64,000 nt of DNA from Lingula anatina. Taxonomy: Eukaryota > Animalia > Brachiopoda. A model generated the notes under the pieces. The model saw nothing but the letters and a program-made list of their open reading frames with translations. It was not told the origin of the DNA and ran no database searches. Positions 52,873-64,000 of the stretch are shown piece by piece (position 1 is the stretch's first letter; every line of letters begins with the position of its first letter). Where the stretch lies: NCBI GenBank assembly GCA_051362555.1, contig CM120640.1:27924503-27988502 (forward strand). Direction: 5' to 3'. Made by a program: the position numbers and the translations under genes.

Positions 52873-54626
52873 GTGCCTTTACATAAAAATTAAGCTTCAG
52901 ACATAAAACCTACCATACAGTATAACTCCAACAGACCATAAGTCTGCCTTAGGATCATACTGACGCTTACAAACCACCTCTGGGGCCATGTACAATGGAG
53001 TTCCTCTGAGCATGTCACCTTCCACATCACCTTGTAAATACCTTGCAAAGCCAAAATCTACAATATTAAAATTAGTAGTAATAATTTATTCAAATAAATG
53101 TGAAGAAATAAAATAGTAAGTACAAGTAATCAATATGAAAGAGGTCAGATGAATTGGAAATATGGCTTGCTCATAACTATTTGTGACACTGTGGGCAAAG
53201 GTGAATATTTTAGAAATATTTAAGGTAAAAACACATGTCTTATCAAGTTTTCAGTTTCTTTGTACAAATCTACCTACCACCAATCTTGAGAACTGGATTA
53301 AGATTTGAAGACAACAGCAAATTTTGAGGTTTAAGATCCATATGAGAGACCTCATTTTCACGCATATATTGAAGTGCTTTTGCTGAAAATATAAAAAGAT
53401 AATCCTAAAAATAAATAAGCACAAAAAACATTCTCTTGATATTATTTACATCACACACAAATTTAAATACAATATGAACATTTTATAGTCTTTTGATAAC
53501 TTTTACCTATTTGCCTAAGAAATTTTCTGACAATATTTTCTGGTAAAGCTCTTCTGCTTTGAATGAACCCCAGGAGATCTCCACCACTGCAGTACTCCAT
53601 AATAAGATAGATATAGCTGTCATCCCACTAGAAATAAAACAAAATAAAACAAAATTTACTTCAGATCAATTTCTTCTGAAAAAAAAAGGTGTGGGTACTA
53701 GAAATTTAAATCTAAATATGAATATATAAATGAGTAGCTTAGAAAGATATATTTACAAAAAGAGTTATTAAATTTCTTTCAGAAAGTAGGCTACTGGTAA
53801 TTACTGGTATGAAGAATACTTTACAATTAATGTGCATTTTGAACTTATTCATTAATTTTAAAGGCTGCATCCAAGTATGTTTTCTATGCAAAGTCTGAAA
53901 TGATGACATCAATCGCTTTTGTGTTACTTAAATTCAATTTATCATGTAATGGTTAAAAACCACAAAAAATATATTAATGCAAAAAATTGGAACTTAAATA
54001 AACTAATCTAGAATAAGGCTAGATGACAAATGAAATAAAATAAAATAAAATACTCCTATTCATGCATTTTCTTTAATACATGTTACTGCAGTGCATGCAA
54101 GTGATCTTTATAAAGACTTTTACTCAAATATCAAAAAGTATCCCTTGCAATACTAGAAGTCTGATATCAGGATAAGCCTTCTCACCAAGAAATCTTTGAG
54201 CTCCACAATATACTCATGTTTCAATTTCTTGAGAAGTTCTATTTCAACAAGCAAGTTCTCAGTTGATAATCTATTGAGTCCGTCTTTTTGTATACATTTG
54301 ATTGCCACTACTTCTCTGGGTCCTCCCTAGAAAAAAATTGACAAGTTAAAGAGTGAAGCAGTTCATTGCATCTTTGTGTTAAAAATCAATGCAAAATAAC
54401 TAAGCTTAACCTCACTAATTCAACTTGAACATAATGATATCTAGAATATACATTGAATATGTAATGTTAAGGAAGATGTTCAGACGACGTGTCTCACGTA
54501 TTAATCAATCGGAATATATTTGCTTACCTTTCTATATGCTTTATATACAGTTGCATAAGTACCACTACCAAGCTTATCAGTAAATACAAAATCCCTTAGT
54601 TTCGGCGTCTTTATCGAATTTGCCAT
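47473..54626 (-). CDS. ULK3: Serine/threonine kinase ULK3 (kinase domain plus two MIT domains), about 15 exons
   Basis: Spliced kinase peptides are [95 protein letters not shown] and [11 protein letters not shown]. The MIT helices are [28 protein letters not shown] and [12 protein letters not shown]. The terminal micro-exon 47495-47473 reads GHSCNIQ*. Confidence 0.95.
49717..49939. mobile_element. MITE with ~31-bp terminal inverted repeats and a TAA target-site duplication (PIF/Harbinger-like) in a ULK3 intron
   Basis: CCCCCTTTACACTGGACGGCGTCCTTTCTGC pairs with GCAGAAAGGACGCCGTCTAGTGTAAAGGGGG with one mismatch. TAA is present at 49714-49716 and 49940-49942. Confidence 0.88.
50755..50925 (-). 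mobile_element. Short LINE 3'-tail fragment, same family as 27431-27771
   Basis: The reverse complement TGTACAGTCTATTGAACATTTTATGGATTTTAGACTTGAAATAAAT(TTA)n matches TGTAAAGTCTAATGAACATTTTATATGGATTTTAGACTATAAATAAAT(ATT)n near 27695-27770. The 5' boundary is approximate. Confidence 0.7.
52441..52646 (-). mobile_element. 3'-truncated second copy of the HINE-like element, with an expanded (GTTT)n
   Basis: The reverse complement reads CCGCCAAGGAGGTTATGTTTTCACCCCT(GTTT)n...GATTTTGATGAAAATTTCAAGAAC...AGAAGTGGGCCAAGGAAGAGATGATTAGTTTTTGGTGGTGATCTGGATCAATAATC, closely matching 7370-7530. Confidence 0.8.
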
Positions 54627-54843
54627 AGTGTAAACAGGGCTTGTGTCATCTTCTCTTTCGGTCTCTTTTCCCGTTTTAACACAATTTCTGCCTTCAAGCC
54701 CTGAAGAGTGGCGTTAATATTTGTACTTCCGGTGGCGGGGAGTTTTTCTGGGTCGTATCCAGGGAGTAGTTTATACACTCTTTTTTGCCATTTTCTTGGC
54801 GTTTTATGGTTGTCTCTCTCCCAGGGCATAAAGATAGGTAAGA
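54627..54843. promoter_or_regulatory. Putative bidirectional promoter for ULK3 and the ZNF474-like gene, with an ETS site
   Basis: This is a CpG-richer patch with ACTTCCGG (ETS/GABP-type) at 54725-54732. A donor AG|GTAAGA at 54838 and an acceptor CAG at 55162-55164 suggest a non-coding first exon of the zinc-finger gene. Confidence 0.6.
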
Positions 54844-55203
54844 TACAGATGAGTGATAATGGATAGTGTTCATTTTGCACAATTTAGGAGATGATTTTTT
54901 GTTTATCTGTCCATCCTATTATGAAGACTTGACAACATAAAAACAGTTCAGATACACATTCACCGCTCATTTAACTAGAGCAAAGTGAAATGCATGCTAC
55001 AAGCATATGAAATGAAATATAAGATATTATATCCAAATTCTAAACACATAAAATTAACAATGGTGCACAATGAGTAAAGTAAAGTGAATATATATTGATA
55101 TTATGACAATATCATAATTAGCATAGATTGATTGAATGTGAAACCATGTTTTTCCAACATTCAGGCAAATATGTGGCCGGAGTGGTGCTTCTGCTAGACT
55201 TAG

Positions 55204-57931
<2,728 letters not shown>

Positions 57932-59063
57932 AACCACGTTTCCAAATAAACGGGTATTACTATGGCATATTAACAACAGAAATATTATTTGCCAATTTAT
58001 CACCTTTTTCAGATTTTTAATGACTTAACATTTAAGCTCATTTGCTTAAACAAATGTTACAGGAGAACAAGCTCGGATCAAAAATTTCCATGGCATGAAA
58101 AAAAGTTTAAAATGTTGTTGAGAAAGTGAACACATAAGAGACTGCTAATCAGAGACGCTGTGCAAGCTGAATTTTGTAGCATTTTAACTCCGAAGCTTTT
58201 TACTGAGGTATGGCATAGAGAATACTGCTCAGGAATTCTGACCCTGAAAGTCATGTAAAGAAATGGTGCAATGATATTGGGCAGCAGTCAAAAGTTTGTG
58301 TTTGCAATCTGTCCATAAAAGGATGAAGTTATGGCTGTATTTAATAGCTGTGTTAAGTATATTACCATGCTCAGATTATTAATGTGATATATAAATAGCT
58401 TTTGAGAAGTAACTATTTTATTGTTATTTTGTACCCAGTTTTGCAGAAAAAATTCTTACTGGTAGTCAGAGATTACTGTAATCCCACTCACGGTATCAAG
58501 CTTACATTTACAGAATAATTAGACAGGGTGTTGATACAGCTTTGTGTTACACGAGGTTAAAGGTGTTTTCACATCTAGTGTAATATCTTAGCAATAGGGC
58601 TGTGTCGGTATGTTTTGAGATGAGTCTGTCTATTGGATAAGAGAGTCCCCCCACATGTACAGTAAATACAAGGCAGGATCTAGCAGAGCATAATAGTACA
58701 GCTGAACTGCTAAGATATAACGCTGAACGTGAAAATGCTCAATTTTTTCCCACTAGTCATTCAGTACAGTGTATATGTATCTCTGAGATTCACCTTTTAG
58801 TTCGTACTGTTAACTTTGTAATGTTTTTGCTGTTGCCATGAACTATATTTTAAGCTTTAAAATACATTCCATTTCATTCATTAATAGTCAGAAGTTAATC
58901 TTTTGTTATATTTTAGTGGTATTGCTAAATGTAGCATATATCAAGCTATGTTTTTGTATTGTGATATTTACTTGTTACAAAATTGTATTATTTTTTAAGC
59001 CTCAACATTTGCATTTAAAACATACACATTTATTTTTTTTTCCTGAATTCTGCAACAAAAAAA

Positions 59064-62000
59064 ACAAGGCAGCAAAGCTGTCAAATGTACAGACAAAAAA
59101 CAGGAAATAACTATGCACAAAATAGGCTACTGTCAATTCTGATGCAAAAATACATTATGTTAAACTGCAAATTCAACATCAAATTTTAATTATCCTCAAC
59201 AGGTAATACCAATGTAATTAAAATATGTGACAAGTTTACACTTTGAAAATGTATAACTTCCAGAAAAAGAAGTCACTTAGACTGCTTTTCCAACTCAGAC
59301 TGCATTTTAGTCCTGTATTTCTTTTTTGAAAGTTTGGCAATCATAAGTAACATGGTTTTCCCATAATGGTCATCATGGCAGCAGCACCCAAAATTGTGTT
59401 TTCTTCTATTCTGATGCAATATTACATAATGGTTAACAGCATAATGACCGTCATTTTTTAATAATAAAATATACGTATCATGGATTTTCAGAAAATGTGA
59501 CTAGCATGGGTCTTCAAGCCCGTGGAACTTCAAAGTCATACCTTGAAAATGCCAATAAGTGAAAAATTAAATTTTCACAAAATAACTGTTTAACTGGCAG
59601 TAAGAATTACCAAACAGACTGTATTTCCTACTGAAGCTGTATTTTAGTCCCATGTTTCTTTTCTGTAAGTTTGAGAAAAGTAAATGACATGGTTTTTTAT
59701 GTACAGACACAGATGTGTCTGTACATATTGCCATCACCTGCGTCTGTCGTCGCCGTCGCCGATGGCGATGCCGATGCCGATGCCGTCGCCGTGCACTTTC
59801 CTTGTAAACACGATAAGTGGAAGGCAGTTTTACTTTTTGGCTTTATATTTACAGAGCTGATGAATATTCATAAAACGCAGGTCAAGTTCGAAAATCAGCA
59901 TGATCGGGCCATTATTGTAGAAGTTATGCTGTTTTTTCACTTTTCAGCATATATGCAACCTTGTAAACACATTTTAAGGAAAACCGTTAGGCCTGTTGTC
60001 ATGAAACTCACAGGAGTAATCAATCTTACTAAAACGCAGGTCAAGTTCGAAAATCAGCATGATCGGGCCACTATTTTAGTAGTTATGTGTTTTTTTCATT
60101 GTTCAGCATATATGCAACACTGTAAACACAATATAAGACAAGGCAGCAAAGCTGTCAAATGTACAGACAAAAAACAGGAAATAACTATGCACAAAATGTT
60201 TACAGGGTTGCATATTTGCTGAAAAGTGAAAAAACAGCATAACTTATACAATAATGGCCCGATCATGCTGATTTTCGAACTTGACCTGCGTTTTATGAAT
60301 ATTCATCAGCTCTGTAAATATTATGCCAAAAAGTAAAACTGCCCTCCACTTATCGTGTTTACTAAAACGCAGGTTGAGTTCGAAAATCAGCATAATCGGG
60401 GCATTATTTTAGAAGTTATGCTGTTTTTTCACATTTCCTCAGATTTCCTCAGATTTAATTCTTAGGCATGTTAATAGCCTTATTATTTAAGTAATAAGAT
60501 ACGTAAAAGTGTTTGTTTGACATTTCCTGCATCTTTACAACATTGTTAGTTGATTATGTAAAAATGATGGTAAACTTGTTATCGTGTATTGTGTAATAAA
60601 GTGTCAAAAATGGAAATAAACTCATATCATTGCAGTTTGTCGGATTCAATCATTCACTATGTTCAGAATCTCAGAATGGAAGAAATTGGACATTTAACAC
60701 TGTTCTATTGATATTTTTCCCATCTCATCAATTTTCTTAGTTTATCATATAAAAACGGCAGAAAACTGTTAATTTTGTTTTATGTTAAAAATTGTTAAAA
60801 ATGGAAATAAACCCATTTCAGAACAGTGCAGTCTTGTTTACATTTTGGCATTTTTAAGGTGTGACTTTGAAGTTCCATGGGCCTGAAGACCTTTGCTAGT
60901 CACATTTTCTGAATATCCATAATATTAATATTTTATTATTAAAGTTGATGGTCATTATGCTGTTAAACATTATGTAATATTGCATCAAAATTTGAAAAAA
61001 AAAAAACTATTTTGGGCACTGCTCCCATGATGACCATTTAAGAAAAACCATGTCATTTACTGTTCTCAAACTTACAGGAAAGTAACATGGGACTAAAATA
61101 CAGCTTCAGTAGGAAATACAGTCTGTTTGGTAATTCTTGCTGCCAGTTAAACAGTTATTTTGTGAAAATTTAATTTTTCACATATTGGCATTTTCAAGGT
61201 GTGACTTTGAAGTTCCACGGGCTTGAAGACCCATGCTAGTCACATTTTCTGAAAATCCATGATACGTATATTTTATTATTAAAAATTGACGGTCATTATT
61301 CTGTTAACCATTATGTAATATGGCATCAAAATAGAAGAAAACACAATTTTGGGTGCTGCTGCCATGATGACCATTATGGGAAAACCATGTTACTTATGAT
61401 TGCCAAACTTTCAAAAAAGAAATACAGGACTAAAATGCAGTCTGAGTTGGAAAAGCAGTCTAAGGAACTTCTTTTTCTGGAAGTTATACATTTTCAAAAT
61501 GTAAACTTGTCACATATTTTAATTACATTGGTATTAATTGTTGAGGATAATTAAAATTTGATGTTGAATTTGCAGTTTAACATAATGTATTTTTGCATCA
61601 GAATTGACAGTAGCCTATTTTGTGCATAGTTATTTCCTGTTTTTTGTCTGTACATTTGACAGCTTTGCTGCCTTGTCTTAAATGGTCATCATGGGAGCAG
61701 TGCCCAAAATAGTTTTTTTTCAAATTTTGATGCAATATTACATAATGATTAACAGCATAATGATCATCAATTTTTAATAATAAAATATTAGTATCATGGA
61801 CAAAAAGTAAACGTGACTAACAAAGGTTTTTAGGCCGATGGAACTTCAAAGTCACGCCTTAAAGATGCCAAAATGTAAACAAGACTGCACTGTTCTGAAA
61901 TGGGTTTATTTCCATTTTTAACACTTTTTTAACATAAAACAAAATTAACAGGTTACTGCCATTTTTATAAGATCAACTAAGAAAATTGATGAGATGTGAA

Positions 62001-62831
62001 AAATATCAATAGAGCAGTGTTAAATGTCCAATTTCTTCCATTCTGAGATTCTGAACATAGTGAATGATTGAATCTGACAAACTGCAATGATATGAGTTTA
62101 TTTCCATTTTTGACACATTATTACACAATAAACGTTAACAAGTTTACCATCATTTTTACATAATCAACTAACAATGTTGTAAAGATGCAGGAAATGTCAA
62201 ACAAACACTTTTACGTATCTTATTACTTAAATAATAAGGCTATTAACATGCCTAAGAATTAAATCTGAGGAAATCTGAAGAAATGTGAAAAAACAGCATA
62301 ACTTCTAAAATAATGCCCCGATTATGCTGATTTTCGAACTCAACCTGCGTTTTAGTAAGACTGACCATTCCTGTGAGTTTAATGACAATTGGGCTTTCTG
62401 TTTTTCTTATATTGTGTTTACAGTGTTGCATATATGCTGAACAATGAAAAAACCGCATAACTACTAAAATAGTGGCCCGATCATGCTGATTTTCGAACTT
62501 GACCTGCATTTTAGTAATATTGATTACTCCTGTGAGTTTCATGACAACAGGCCTAACGGTTTTCCTTAAAATGTGTTTACAAGGTTGCATATATGCTGAA
62601 AAGTGAAAAAACAGCATAACTTCTACAATAATGGCCCGATCATGCTGATTTTCGAACTTGACCTATGTTTTATGAATATTCATCAGCTCTGTAAATATAA
62701 AGCCAAAAAGTAAAACTGCCTTCCACTTATCGTGTTTACAAGGAAAGTGCACGGCGACGGCATCGCCATCGGCGACGACAGACGCAGGTGATGGCAATAT
62801 GTACAGACACATCTGTGTCTGTACATAAAAA
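59064..62831. repeat. Complex block of interleaved inverted duplications
   Basis: A (59064-59696) is the reverse complement of 61043-61676. B (59693-60138) is the reverse complement of 62406-62831. C (60359-61042) is the reverse complement of 61676-62360. Two short templated inserts lie at 60134-60197 and 60193-60362. Confidence 0.92.
62252..62831 (-). mobile_element. Modular non-autonomous repeat (DINE-1/pearl-like) with a terminal hairpin, a GCCGAT/GCCGTC microsatellite and ~158-bp internal tandem units; a rearranged copy starts at 59693
   Basis: It has a T-run start, a 14-bp stem TATGTACAGACACA-GA-TGTGTCTGTACATA and a CpG microsatellite. Three units containing AAAACGCAGGTCAAGTTCGAAAATCAGCATGATCGGGCC follow. 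The family assignment rests on architecture only. Confidence 0.6.
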
Positions 62832-63389
62832 TGCTTAAATAGGCAATAAGAAATACTGAAATGTAGTTTCTTGTAAAATAAAGATATAAAATTTTATTAT
62901 GGTTTAATATTTTATTTAAAGCAAGAAATTTTTAAAAAATGCAATATAGTGACCATTTCAAAGTAGAGAGTCAAATTACAGAAAAAAACTAAAAACAGTG
63001 TACTCAGTACGAATACAGTAATTTTTACATTCATAACTTTCAAATTTTTACAGTTCTAGGGATGAAGTATGTTTATAAAATATGCAATCTTTGAACAAAC
63101 TCCACCAAAACTGTCTGATGAAGAAACTAGTTTTCAAACCATTGTCAAAATGATGATAGTTTAAATAGTTGTATCCAGAGATCACGGTGGAATGCTATGG
63201 CTAAAGGGACAAGAAACCAAACAGAGAACACTGCTGATAATTGCTATAAATTACACTGACACACATCTGCCACATTATCACAGTGCTGTGACCCCGATAC
63301 TGTGAGTCAACCAACCAAATGTCACACCTGACAGTCTAAATCAACATCAGTTATCTCTGTTCATACACGATGTATGAATCACACACTGT

Positions 63390-63476
63390 TCAACTCTGCA
63401 TAACCTCTTGGGTTTGTGTTAGGATTTCTTGGGCAGCTACATATTCCTCAGTTTCTGCGAGTTCCTTTTCTACCTC
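63390..63476 (-). CDS. TBCA: Terminal coding exon of probable tubulin-specific chaperone A; upstream exons lie beyond the right edge
   Basis: The acceptor TTATTTCAG is followed by EVEKELAETEEYVAAQEILTQTQEVMQS*, resembling the TBCA C-terminal helix (human ENEKDLEEAEEYKEARLVLD, recalled from memory). A minus-strand AATAAA lies near 62911-62916. Confidence 0.7.
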   Translation of the reverse strand, partial: EVEKELAETEEYVAAQEILTQTQEVMQS

Positions 63477-63627
63477 CTGAAATAATCAAAGTACGAGCGT
63501 ATTCACAACAGATGATCTGCAGACTAAATATGGCTGACCCATCATAAAAGGAAGCCACTTAATCCACCATGGTCTCACCGCCTCCACACGTACCATTTAA
63601 CTGAGTAAATCTTGGTTCTGAGGCTTA

Positions 63628-63842
63628 GAACCCATTCCCACAGATTTTAGATCGATCTACCCCTGTGGAGAGTCTCACTAGATTTACTGTCAGCTTAGCC
63701 GGCTTAAGCCTCTGTCCCGCCTACTAAAAGCTGTTAGGGGGTAATTAACTGTCGTGCGCGCTCGGCTGACTGCAATTTAGCGTGAACCCCCAGGGAGTTA
63801 GGTTGATCCAGATGGATTGATCTAAATCTCTGGGAATGCACT
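63628..63842. mobile_element. MITE family copy 2 (inverted relative to 46060-46273), in the last TBCA intron
   Basis: The terminal inverted repeats are CATTCCCACAGATTTTAGATCGATCTA / TGGATTGATCTAAATCTCTGGGAATG. The internal TTTAGCGTGAACCCCCAGGGAGTTAGGT and AGTCTCACTAGATT are reverse complements of copy 1. Confidence 0.75.
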
Positions 63843-64000
63843 CTAAATTTCTAGGTCCCTGCAGGGACAGTGAGTCTGGAGGTGGGGAGACCATCAGGGG
63901 ATTATAACTGGCTACTTTTTATGTGGGAACAACCATATTTAGTCTGCACATCATCTGTTCTGAATGTGCTGTTTGTGTTACATGGTAAATTTGACACTGG

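Noticed and set aside
59671-60222. 183-aa ORF with repeated KTQVKFENQHDRA, and the related 121-aa ORF at 62252-62617
   Set aside because: These are chance translations of the 158-bp repeat units. The ORF crosses rearrangement junctions and shows no known domain.

Overview
This window is AT-rich, intron-rich animal genomic DNA. The gene and repeat content suggest a lophotrochozoan such as a mollusc, but that is inference. Most entries in the ORF track are exon fragments or noise. Manual GT-AG splicing recovers eight protein-coding genes. From left to right they are: the 5' end of a minus-strand astacin-type metalloprotease gene made of micro-exons and missed by the ORF track; a complete plus-strand secreted short-chain collagen C4-domain gene nested in the astacin gene's second intron; PPCDC (-) head-to-head with a roughly 57-exon NBAS (+); an intronless GAS1 (+); ULK3 (-) head-to-head with an 8-finger ZNF474-like gene (+); and the last exon of a probable TBCA (-). 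The repeats include Helentron/HINE-like elements, Tourist-like MITEs, L2/CR1 LINE 3' ends and microsatellites. The most unusual structures are (i) the antisense nested astacin/collagen-C4 pair, (ii) a five-copy 68-bp tandem repeat that multiplies an NBAS splice acceptor, where the four upstream copies lead to a premature stop, and (iii) a 3.8-kb block of interleaved inverted duplications joined by 4-5 bp microhomologies.
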